DNA from: Octopus sinensis
Lineage: Eukaryota
NCBI RefSeq assembly: GCF_006345805.1
Contig: NC_043003.1
Coordinates: 37,138,001 to 37,202,000, forward strand
Reading direction: 5' to 3'
DNA: 64,000 nucleotides
The notes beneath the pieces are model-generated. The model had not been told where the DNA came from. It saw only the letters and a program-made list of their open reading frames with translations, and made no database searches. This document shows positions 32,660 to 45,954 of the stretch, piece by piece; positions within the stretch are counted from its first letter, which is position 1; each line of letters begins with the position of its first letter. A program made the position numbers and the translations under genes.

Positions 32660-32882
32660 AGGCGCAGGAGTGGCTGTGTGGTAAGTAGCTTGCTTACCAA
32701 CCACATGGTTCTGAGTTCAGACCCATCATCATCATCATCATTGTTCGACCCACTACGTGGCACCTTGGACAGGTGTCTTCTACTATAGCTTCGGGCCAAC
32801 CAACGCCTTGTGAGTGGATTTGGTAGACGGAAACTGAATGAAGCCCGTCGTATATATGTATACATATGTGTGTGTATGTGTT

Positions 32883-32924
<42 letters not shown>

Positions 32925-33105
32925 CGTCCCCACAACATCGCTTGACAACCGTCCCCGTAACTTAGCGGTTCGGCAAAAGAGACAGATAGAATAAGTATTA
33001 GGCTTACAAAGAATAAGTCCTGGGGGTCAATTTGCTCGACTAAAGGCGGTGCTCCAGCTTGGCCGCAGTCAAATGACTGAAACAAGTAAAAGAGATAAAA
33101 GAGTA
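32660..33105 (+). mobile_element. SINE family B copy with a small insertion in its head
   Basis: Full family B sequence, with (TCA)n inserted at 32726-32742. Confidence 0.9.
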
Positions 33106-33529
33106 TTGAAACCTCCCCCGTCGCCAACGTCCTTACTACGTCCATGTGCTTGAACCCATTTCATCGTCTTCGTAGGAACAAAATGCAAAAGTTAATTTCT
33201 AGTTAATATGAACTCAAACTTTAAAAGGACGAATAAAAAATATTTCAATACGGCTCTCTACCTAACAACTCACCGGTCTCATAACTTGAGTGATCCATGG
33301 AGTCTTCATGTGGCAGCGGCTAACCTGCTTGAAAATGCATCTCTCTCAAATTGTATTCTGCTACCTTTAGTGAAGCAAGGAAGTACTAGATATTGTATTG
33401 CTATTAATAGACCACTAAAAATAAATAAAAAAAAAAGACAGAATCGTAGCTGTTGGAATTTTTGTCCTCAAGAGTTCTCAATCAGGATTTACCTGAAGTT
33501 AAATACTTCAAACAACAACAATCCTTTCT

Positions 33530-34680
33530 ACTATAAGCACAAGGCCTGGAATTTTGGGACAGGTGATAGTCGATTTCATCGACCCCCAGTGCTCAACTGG
33601 TTCTTATTTTATCGACCCCAAAACAATAAAAGGCAAAATTGATCAGGCAAATTTGAACTGAGAACATAAAGACGGACGAAATGACGCTAAGCATCTAGCT
33701 CGACCTACTAACGACTCTCCCAGCAAGCCGCCTTAACGACAACAATAATAATATTCCTTTCTACTATAGGCACAAGGCCTGAAATTTGGGGAGAGGCGAT
33801 AGGTCGATTACATCGACCTCAGTGCGTAACAGGAGCTTAATATATCGACCCCGAAAAGATGAAAGGCAAAGTCGACCTCGGCGGAATTTGAACTCAGAAC
33901 GTAGCGGCAGACGAAATACCTATTTCTTTACTACCCACAAGGGACTAAACACAGAGGGGATGAACAAGGACAGACAAACGGATTAAGTCGATTACATCGA
34001 CCCCAGTGTGTAATTGGTACTTAATTTATCGACCCCGAAAGGATGAAAGACAAAGTCGACCTCAGCGGAATTTGAACTCAGAACGTAACGGTAGACGAAT
34101 TACCGCTAAGCATTTTGTCCGGCGTGCTAACGATTATGCCATCTCGCCGCCTAATAATAGCAATAGCTTATAAAAGTAAACCATACGTGATTGTATATGT
34201 ATTTGTGTACGTATCGGCGTTTACTGTATGTAAATATGAGTGAACATGGGTATTTCGTCTGTCTTTACGTTCTGAATCGAAATTGCGTTGAGATCGACTT
34301 TGCCTTTCATTCTTTCGAGGTCGATAGATTAAGTACCAGTTGCGTACTGCGGTTGATCTAATCGACTGCACCCCCCCCCCCCCAAAAAAATTCGGGCCTT
34401 GTGCTTTGAGTAGAAAAGATTATTCTACAAATTTTAATACCTGCCCGAATTAAGCCGGCGAGCTGGCAGACTCGTTAGCACGCCGGGCGAAATGCTTTGC
34501 GGCATTTTGCCCTTTCATACGCTCTGAGTTCAAATTCCGCCATGGTCGTCTATTCCTCTCATCCTTTTGGGAGTCGATAAAATAATAAATACCAGTTCAG
34601 CACTGAGGTCGATGTAATCGACTTACTCCTCCCCCTCCCCCACGAAACTGCTGGCCTTGTACCAAATTTCGAAACCGATA
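33530..34680. mobile_element. Cluster of five SINE family A copies (33530-33735 -, 33760-33920 -, 33920-34152 -, 34250-34420 +, 34455-34680 +)
   Basis: Repeated tcgaccccgaaaggatgaaaggcaaagtcgacctcggcggaatttgaactcagaacg motif in both orientations. Confidence 0.85.
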
Positions 34681-35560
34681 TATGCCCGAATTATTAAAGA
34701 ATTACTGCTGCCATTAGTTGTCGTTTTGCTGTTGTAGTAATTGTTGCTGATTTTTGTTGCTGTTGAACCCGAGATCTGGCCCCATCGAGTAGATCCATGA
34801 TCATATTCGTTTTCTCAGTGAACCATTCCATTTTTATTTCGCAGTTATATATATATATATGACAGCATCCTCAAATATGTTCTATATTTTCATGGTAGGA
34901 TGTGACTAGAGAGACATTCAGCTCCTACTGTTGTCAGGTTGACTGACCGCTCCCAAGTTGGCTACTTTGCCCCTTCGATGTCCTTATTAACGTTGACCAC
35001 TCAGCTGTGATACTGCAGTTGTAATTATAATAATCTTCTACAGGTTTTATTAAACCATGAAGTGTAACACACTCGGCCGCATAAGCGTGCGGTATGGATT
35101 GAACGTTTGACCTTTAGGCCACGAAGGCCCAGAGAGTTAACTGATCAGGCAAAACGTCTCCGATGGAGAGTGAAGAAGGGAGCAGAAAGAGAAGGAAAAA
35201 AGGGGGAAAAGAAAACAGTGTATAGTTACATAAAAACCTCCGGAAGAAAAAAAAGAAGAAAAAACATAATAGCTTCAGACCATGCGCTTGACATTCATGG
35301 TTTCTTAACTCCATGGAGACAATGGACAGAGGAGGAAGATGATTTTGTTTTTGTTTAGTTATTTATTTATTTTATAATTACTTCGAAGGAACTGAATCAA
35401 AGATCGGGGTGCGCGTGCGTGTGTATGTACGTGTGTGCACGCGTGCATGTGTGCGTGCACGCGTGTATGTGTCTGTGTGTATGTTTGTATATGCGCGTGT
35501 ATGTGTGTGCGTACCTGCGTGTGTATATGCGTATGTGTATGAGTGTTTGTGTGTGTATGT

Positions 35561-35599
<39 letters not shown>

Positions 35600-36649
35600 G
35601 TGGTGGGTGAGGGTAGGGTTAATATCTTGTTTAGATTTTGCACTCCTGTAGATATTGCCCAGCAGCTACTGTCTTCTTGTGCCGGTAGTGAATGGCATTT
35701 AGAAGTGGGCGGAATGGATTTGGGTAGCGGTGAGAGACAGAACAGAGTTGGCGTGAGTGTGGGCAGGGCAGGGGAGAGGCGGCTGGAATGGTGCTGCCAA
35801 AGGATGCGCGTCTCCATCCTACCAACCAGAATAGGTCGGACCCGGTCATTTTGATAATACAATGACTCATGTTTGGAACCGGATAAATGATGGCTGAGTA
35901 GAAGGCAAGAACAATGTGTAACGTAGAATTGTGTGGCGGCATTGGCGGCAATGGTGGGATGGCAGCGGCGGTGGTGATGGTGATGGTGATGGTGATGGTA
36001 TTGGTGGCGGCAATGGTGGGAGAAAATACTGCAAGCAAGGGAGATAAGAATGGAAGCAGGTGGGGAGAATGGGGAAAAAAAGAGAAGGAAATGGTTTTTA
36101 AAATGGTAGAGAGGAAGGAAGGAGTGCAATGAGATGAAAAGAAGCAGGATGAAAAAGAACATGAATGGCGAAGAACGAAATGTGAGAAAAGAAGCCAGAC
36201 GGAGAAGAGGCTGAGAGAAAAGGTGAGCGTTAGGGGGGTGATGTGGGGATACAGTGGAACGAGAGGACAGATAAAAGAAGGTTGAATGAGAGGAAAATAT
36301 ATTGACGAAGGAGGGAGAGAAAGTTGAATGGTATTATTTGAAATTCTGTAGAAGAAGAATTAGTAAACGTAAAGGAAAATAGGAAGAGGCAGTAAATGAT
36401 GAGCGAGGTATTAAGTCACACATATAAAAGGAAAGTCATGTTTACGGAGACATAAGTGAAAGTGGCTTTAAGTAGGAATCGAAACCGTGTTATACACATG
36501 CTATTGCACCTTGTCAGTCACTACTCAAAAGTAATGCAAAGTTATTGCTTCTGAAACCGAAACAATAACTTTCTAACATAACTTCTTGCCCATTTTGTGA
36601 AGTGAAAATGGCGAATTCACACGTTTACCCGTTAATTTTATTTCTTACT

Positions 36650-37620
36650 GAGGCACAAAGGCTCAAATGTAATAGACGGGTTTAATCTATTAGATTGCTT
36701 ACAGTATTCAATCAACTGATGTTGTGTTATCGACAACGGAAGCGTGAAAGTAATAGTTGACCTTCGCAGAATTTGAACTCAGAACGCAAATTTTGTCAAA
36801 ATATTCTTTTTCTATAGGCACAAGGCTTAAAATATTGGGGGAGTGAGGTCAGTCGATTACATGAACCCTTGTAATTAACTGGTACTTATTTTATTGACAA
36901 GAAAAGAATGAAAGGTTAAAGTGACCTCGGCGATATTTGAAATCAAAACGTAAAGAACTAGAAGAAATGCCACAAAGCACTTAAGCATTTTATCCCTTGT
37001 GCTAACGAACCTGCCAGTACACGTTATTAATTTTGTCAAAATATTAGTTTCAAAATTTGGAACAAGGCCAGCAAGTTCGGACGAGCGGCTGTCGTCTGTC
37101 TTGGTGCACAACTTCTATTCTCACGCTATCAGTGAGGTTTTATACAATTTCTAACAGACATACAAAATGACAACTATTTCCTTTTTATAAGAATAGAGAT
37201 AGTCAATAATATTGCTCCAGGATTTAATTAGTATTTATTTTAATGATAGCAAAAGGATAAAAAGTAAAAGGCCCGAAATTTTGGGGGAGGGTGCCAGTCG
37301 ATTAGGTCGACCCCAGTATGGAACTGAATTTATCGACCCCGAATGGATGAAAGGCAAAGTCGAGAATGTAAAGACAGACGAAATACCTATTTCTATTTCT
37401 TTACAACCCAAAAGGGGCTAAACACAGAGAGGACAAACAAGGACAGAAAACGGATTAAGACGATTATATCGATCCCACAGCGTAACTGGTACTTATTTAA
37501 TCGACCCCGAAAGGATGAAAGGCGAAGTCGACCTCGGCGGAATTTGAACTCAGAACGTAACTAAATACTGCTAAGCATTTTGCCCGGCATGCTAACGTTT
37601 ATGCCAGCTCGCCGCCTATA
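36650..37620 (-). mobile_element. Cluster of SINE family A copies and fragments
   Basis: Same family A motifs. Best preserved copy at 37375-37620. Confidence 0.8.
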
Positions 37621-37799
37621 TAACATGATGTATCATATACATTATAATATAGGTAGTTATAAAAATTAAAAGCCAAAACCGTAAAATACATAAATAAGGG
37701 TGCAAAGAGCACCTGCAATTGCTTGAAATAAGAGCTAAAATATACGAGTTATATTTTTTAGCTTCTACTTCTAGCAATTGCAGGTGCTATATGCGCCCT

Positions 37800-37876
<77 letters not shown>

Positions 37877-37880
37877 ATAT

Positions 37881-37912
<32 letters not shown>

Positions 37913-38218
37913 ACTTAATTGGATGCGTGGCGTTCAATCAAATAATAATATAAATGATATATATAATATATATATATATAATATATATATAATTAATCAA
38001 TATAGGGTGGCAAAAAATTCAGCAGAAATTATTTGCCACCAGCGGCCTAGTGGGAAAAAAGTAAATAGTCAGAAACTATTAATAAATTCAACAGCAAAAT
38101 TAAGGAACGGCCATAATAGGCCGTTCAACCCACTAGAAATAGCAGCCAAGGCTTCAACCGCAAAACAATATTAATTCCGTAAACCAGGAGAAAATTTTAA
38201 AAAACATTTACCCTGTAA

Positions 38219-38323
38219 TACTTTATACAATGCATCGTTTCGTCTATTTTTTAATGGTAAATCAACCTGATTAAATTAAATCAAGCTAATCTTCGATAGG
38301 CCAATAGATTCATCAGTAAAGTA
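38219..38323 (-). ncRNA. Type I hammerhead ribozyme motif (mirror copy in the left arm)
   Basis: Reverse complement of 38329-38433, differing at one position inside the stem II extension. Confidence 0.75.
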
Positions 38324-38328
38324 AGGCT

Positions 38329-38433
38329 TACTTTACTGATGAATCTATTGGCCTATGGAAGATTAGCTTGATTTAATTTAATCAGGTTGATTTACCATTA
38401 AAAAATAGACGAAACGATGCATTGTATAAAGTA
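38329..38433 (+). ncRNA. Type I hammerhead ribozyme motif with a long stem II
   Basis: tacttta(38329-35)-CTGATGA(38336-42)-a-tctatt...aataga-c-GAAA(38411-14)-CGA-TGCA-TT-GTA^(38426)-taaagta. Stem I 7 bp, stem III 4 bp with a palindromic loop. A10.1-C11.1 replaces the canonical G-C. Confidence 0.75.
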
Positions 38434-38564
38434 TTACAGGGTAAATGTTTTTTAAAATTTTCTCCTGGTTTACGGAATTAATATTGTTTTGCGGTTGAAG
38501 CCTTGGCTGCTATTTCTAGTGGGTTGAACGGCCTATTATGGCCGTTCCTTAATTTTGCTGCTGC

Positions 38565-38623
<59 letters not shown>

Positions 38624-38668
38624 GCATATATACATACATATATGTACGTACATACATACATACATACA

Positions 38669-38699
<31 letters not shown>

Positions 38700-38700
38700 G

Positions 38701-39023
38701 GGTATGCATATATGGGTTCAGGACGTAACAAAGCGTAAACAACATGAAATACGAAAATAGAGTTGGGTACGCAAAGAACTCGAGAAGCAAGTGGAAAACA
38801 AGACAACATAAAAAAAACGACCCTTCATCAGTTGTCAGCTGTACTTGTCGTTTAATGCTCGAAATAAAGAGTAGAAAGACAGCCGACAACTGATGAAGGG
38901 TGCTTTTTTTATGTTACTTGTCTTGTTTCCCATTTGTTTCTCTCGTTCTTTGCGTACCCAACTTTATTTTCGTATTTCATGTTGCTTACGTTTTGTGACG
39001 TCCTGTACCCATATATGCATACC
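38701..39023. repeat. Imperfect inverted repeat (~142-bp arms, 36-nt spacer)
   Basis: 38701-38842 vs 38879-39023, e.g. cccttcatcagttgtcagctgt / acagccgacaactgatgaaggg and ggtatgcatatatggg / cccatatatgcatacc. Confidence 0.9.
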
Positions 39024-39073
39024 TACATACATATATATGTATATATGTACATATATGCATGTATACACACACC

Positions 39074-39125
<52 letters not shown>

Positions 39126-39619
39126 ATATATTTATGCGTGTGTGTTTTTGTGTCTGTGTTTGTCCCCACCACCATTGCTTGACAGCCGGTGTTGGTGTGT
39201 TTACATTCCTGTAACTTAGCGGCTCGGTAAAATGACTGATAGAATAAGTACTAGGCTTACAATAAATGAGTCCTTGGCCGCAGTTAAATGACTGAAACAA
39301 GTAAAAACAATAGGCAAGACAACGTTTTATCTATCGTTCTAGCAATTCTGTCAAGTTACCAGCGTCGTTGCAGTTTAAAATTAAAAATAAACTAAATGTT
39401 TCGAAGACATGTGGGATGCTGATGATAAAGCCATGTGAGGACAGGCTTGGTATTTCATCATATCGAACGTAAAATCTTACCCATACGAACTGTGCCTTTT
39501 ATCTGCGCAGAGTGGATACAATAAATACCATGAAGATACTCATATCGGTGTTATCGACTCTACTTAAAGCTCTAACAGAAACACGTGTGTCATTGCTGCT
39601 TCTATGTCAGTACGTTTTT

Positions 39620-39677
<58 letters not shown>

Positions 39678-39736
39678 CATTATTACTATTATTATTATTA
39701 TTATCATCATTATTATTATTATTATTATTATTATAT

Positions 39737-40649
39737 TCAGTAGTTTTATTTTTATTTTTATAGCGTGCTTTCACTTCACTACCGAGCGCAGCTCTGTGTG
39801 CCTTGGGTATGTGCTGTGATTTGTTGTGATGCTCTGATGGTTATTGTATGGAAAGTGTTCTACGTAGGATGTGTGCAGTGCCTAGTAGTGCAATTTTCTG
39901 TATGTATATGTGTTTGTAAGTCCTGGTGTTTTTGTTATGTATTTGTCTGAATATTTTTTTATCATGCCTAATGCACCTACTATGATAGGAATTGTTTCTG
40001 TTTTCAGATTCCACATTCTAGTTACCTCTATTTCCAGGTCTTTGTATTTTGAGAGTTTCTCCATTTCTTTTAGAGACACGTTGTCATCTGCCGGTATTGA
40101 TACATCAATTAGAAAGCATTTTTTTTCTTCATAATCTCTGACAACTATATCTGGTCTGTTGGCCTTAATTTCTCTATCTTTGTGTATCGGCATATCTCAG
40201 AGTATGGTTGCATATCTCAGAGTATGCAGAGTATGGTTGCCATCGTTTTATCATGGTTCGTTGCTGTTCTATTTTTAGTTTGGATTTCATTTGTTTTATA
40301 GCTTTTGTTGTTTCTTCATCATCTTCTTCTTCTTCTTCGTGTTTATTAGGTGGTATGATTTCTTGTTTGTATTTGTCAGCTTCCTTAAATACTGAGAACA
40401 GTTTTTTGTTTTGCTCGTGTTTTGCTGCTATCTGGATCAGTTTTCCTTCCTTATGAAGTAGGTATTTTTGCAGTCCTATGGTGGTTATTTTATAGTAGTT
40501 TTCCAGCTGTATAAGGCCTCTACCACCTTCTATACGTTGTATATATAGTCTTTCTATGTCAGATTTTGGGTGATGCATCCTAGATCCTGTCATTATTTTT
40601 CTTGTTTTCCTATCTATTTTGGACAGTTCATTTCGTGTCCAGTTAAGGA

Positions 40650-40653
<4 letters not shown>
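39737..40653 (-). mobile_element. R4/Dong-like LINE, copy A (5' truncated, ~394-bp internal deletion)
   Basis: Nearly identical to 41595-42872. REL endonuclease RPDIVVRD..KKCFLIDVSIP. Flanked by (ATT)n on both sides. Confidence 0.9.
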
Positions 40654-40714
<61 letters not shown>

Positions 40715-40726
40715 TATTATTATTAT

Positions 40727-41570
40727 ATGTTTGACTTTTGCTTTATGTCTGTACAAGTTGGCTCCAAGTCTCACCCAGAAACCTCAAGAGACAACACGTT
40801 GGAAGTTCACGTTGTTGTTATGCCTAGTGTGCCATATATTTGGGGGTTTTTTTGGTGTTGTACTAGTGAATGTCTAATACATAGATTAAAAAAAAGGGTT
40901 GTTTTAAACCTTGGGATTACATAGAGAGTATTTTGCGTAGGATATGAGCAGTTCCCATGAGCACTATCTTTTGAATTTCTGCCATTTTGGGGTTTCCTGG
41001 TATCTGAGTTAGGTAGCAATCAGCCCCTTTCGCTATCATTCCCAGGGCACCTATGACAACAGGTATTGTTGTAGTCTTCAGCTTCCACATTTTGCTGATT
41101 TCTATTTCAAGATCTTTATATTTGCTCAGTTTTTGGTAGGTCTTGACAGATACGTTTATATCGATTGGGACAGGCATATCAATGAGGAGGCATGTTCTTT
41201 GTCTGAAGACTTTCAATATGATGTCAGGCCTATTTGCATCTATCTTTCTGTCAGTTTGAATGGTGAAGTTCCAGAGGAGTGAGATGTGGTCATTTTCAAG
41301 TACTGGAGGTGGATTGTGTTCCCACCAGTTTTTTTCATGGGGCAAATCCAGGTTTTTGCAAATTACCCAGTGAATATATTGTGCAGCTCTATCATGCCTG
41401 TTGAGGTACTCTGTAGGCGCTAGAAGACTGCATTTGGAGACAACATGATCAATAGTTTCATTTTGTTGTCGGCATACACGACATGTTGGGCTACTGCCGT
41501 TCTTTAATATGTTGGCCTGGTAGTTTTTTGTTGGTAGGCATTGATCTTGAGCTGCTATGGATAAACCCTT
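40727..41570 (-). mobile_element. R4/Dong-like LINE, copy B (different subfamily, 5' truncated)
   Basis: AAQDQCLPTKNY, CRVC..ETIDHVVSKC zinc finger, RPDIILKV..TCLLIDMPVP..KYKDL. Flanked by (ATT)n. Confidence 0.9.
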
Positions 41571-41594
41571 ATTATTATTATTATTATTATTATT

Positions 41595-43345
<1,751 letters not shown>

Positions 43346-43347
43346 CG

Positions 43348-43395
<48 letters not shown>

Positions 43396-43633
43396 AACAT
43401 GAAGTGAGGCCATTAACAAAACAGCTACTGAGATTGCAACTTCAATGTAACTAACAAATAAAAAAAAATCAGAGACGTACTCGCATTTATATATGTATTC
43501 ATCTGTGTGTGTGTATATATGTGTGTGTGTGTTTGTGTGTGTGTGTGTGCATGTATGTATTCTATGGAGAAATGCACGTATTTATGAGTATGGACATTTG
43601 TTTACACATTTGTATACAAGTATGTACACACAG

Positions 43634-43675
<42 letters not shown>

Positions 43676-43715
43676 TACAGAAACACATTCACACACACCT
43701 GTATATACATACATG

Positions 43716-43803
<88 letters not shown>

Positions 43804-43949
43804 GTATGTGTGTGTGTGTATTATAATTATTTATTAATTATAAAATTTCATTGATAGCCATTTAACGGCATTATTGCTTGCACCCACTAATATTATTGTT
43901 ACTGTTATTATTAACACATTGACTACTAATGATGATAATAATAATAATG

Positions 43950-43986
<37 letters not shown>

Positions 43987-44099
43987 TAATAATAATAATA
44001 ATAATAATAAAATAATAATAATAATAATAATAATAATTATATCTATATGAATATTCATTTGAATATTTACTCATATATGTGTGTGTGTGTGTCTGTGTA

Positions 44100-44329
44100 T
44101 TATTTGCTTCACTCATTAGACTGCAGCCATGTTTGGGTACAGTCTCGAAATTTTTACGTCGAATGAATTGACACAAGTACTTTTCATTAAAGTCTGGTGC
44201 TTATTCTATGGAACTCTTTTGCTAAGCTGTTAGGTTATGGGAACGTAAACACCGACACACATACATACATACGTACGTACGTACATACATACAGACATAC
44301 ATACATACATACATACATACATACATACA

Positions 44330-44385
<56 letters not shown>

Positions 44386-44387
44386 CT

Positions 44388-44439
<52 letters not shown>

Positions 44440-44590
44440 CAACGGGTTTCTTTCATTTTCCGTCTACCAAATTCACTCAAAAGGCCTTGGTCCGCCTGAG
44501 TTTGTAGTAGATGACACCTTCTCAAGGTATCACGTAGTGGGACTCAAGCCCAAGCCATGTGGTTGGGAAGCAAGCTAACCACCAGCCACG
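44100..44590 (-). mobile_element. SINE family B copy, diverged, with expanded internal microsatellites
   Basis: cgtctaccaaattcactcaaaaggccttggtc...cacgtagtgggactc match family B. Confidence 0.75.
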
Positions 44591-44601
44591 AAAGTATGGA
44601 A

Positions 44602-45106
44602 TGGAGCAGGTGAAACACGGACTACAACCGCTTCATAGTAAAGCAATGCTTGTAACATACACGGAATCAGCTTGGCCAATTTTCAGGAGTTATTACTGAT
44701 AAGTTACTTACATTGCCACGTTGAAATGAAGAAATGAACTACCAAACAAGTCACAGCTCGAATAGCAAGTTGAATAAAGACAAACATCAAAATCAAATGA
44801 TCAATGAAAGTATTAGTTAGAGGTTAGGTCGCCCTGAAATGAAACAAGGTGTGTGTTTCTATTGTTGTTATTAGTGGAAAGAAAAGGATGCGATGTAAAG
44901 GGGAAGGGTGGCAGGAGGACTAGCAATAAAACTTCTTTACATTAAGGTGTCATAGAAATAGTAAGAGACAAAGAACTGATAGCGCAAAAGTTCTAGACGG
45001 TAATAGCACCTGAAGGTTAGCTAGGCTGGTTTTGTGTATGTTACAACTTATGTAACAAACATTGCTTTGGTATGAAACGGTTGTAGTCCGTGTTTTACCT
45101 GTTCTA
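44602..45106. repeat. Old inverted repeat carrying decayed hammerhead-like motifs in both arms
   Basis: 44602-44690 vs 45006-45106. Right arm CTGAAGG...GAAACGGTTGTA^gtcc, left arm (minus) CTGAAAA...GAAGCGGTTGTA^gtcc. Confidence 0.7.
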
Positions 45107-45129
45107 TTTGTTTTTGCTACTGTTGTTTA

Positions 45130-45400
45130 GCAAGTGCTGTCTGAAAAAGACTGCGACATTCAAAGGCTGTCTGCACTGATCACATGTTCCTACCTCCTTT
45201 ATCTCTTCTTAGGTAGAGGCTGCCTGTATCATTATTTTTGTAGAGACTTCTAGATGCGGTTTTTAATGTGTATGGCGTGGATTTCTTTTACAAACCAGTC
45301 AAATATTTCAAATGTTAGAATCAGTACTGATGCTGCAAATGCATTGTGGGATACTGCTTTGTTGTAAGAGGGAGAGTTCAGACTGCCATAATTTTCTTAG
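45130..45400 (-). mobile_element. R4/Dong-like LINE fragment, decayed
   Basis: RSLYKNNDTGSLYLRRDKGGRNM aligns to HPKSDIERLYIQRIEGGRGL of copy C. Confidence 0.55.
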
Positions 45401-45954
45401 TCTGGTGTAATATTTTTGGGTCACTCTATCTTTATTCGCAGTACCTTGGTATGATATATGTATGTATGTCATTTTTCAATGTTGTTTCAAAATCTTTTGC
45501 CAATAGGGAAAGAGCCGGTTTCTAACCTAGATCCAAGGTTCCTGCATTAGAATTTCAACATCAACAACAGAGTATTCTTGTATGTATGTATGTATGTATG
45601 TATGTAAGTATGTGTGTATGTATGTATGTACGTATGTATGTATGTATGTATACGTGCAGATTTGTATGTTTTGTTTTATTTATGTCTTCTCATGCATATA
45701 CTTGCATATCTAGACATGTATGTATGTATGTATGTATGTATGTATGTCGATTCACTTCTTAAAATAGTGACTTGTTTTTTTTTAAAAACTAGGAAAGCTA
45801 CAGTTCAAGGTATACTACTCAAATAAACATATCCTAGTGTGTAGATATTGGTTTGTACGGGTAACGCTACATACAAGACGAGCCGTGTTTCTTTCGTGTT
45901 TAGAAATAATCGTAGAATAAATGAGATGGTTAAATTCAGGGTTAATATATTGAT

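Larger units (their letters stand above)
38092..38560. repeat. Near-perfect 469-bp palindrome (234-bp arms, 1-nt spacer at 38326)
   Basis: 38092-38325 is the reverse complement of 38327-38560. One mismatch found (38295 vs 38357). Confidence 0.97.

Noticed and set aside
35359-36162. 267-aa ORF with poly-His
   Set aside because: Built from (CAC/CAT)n and (CA)n repeats plus a purine-rich tract, not a credible protein.
38855-38900. ctcGAAA upstream of CTGATGA, a possible type II hammerhead
   Set aside because: Stems I and II do not pair.
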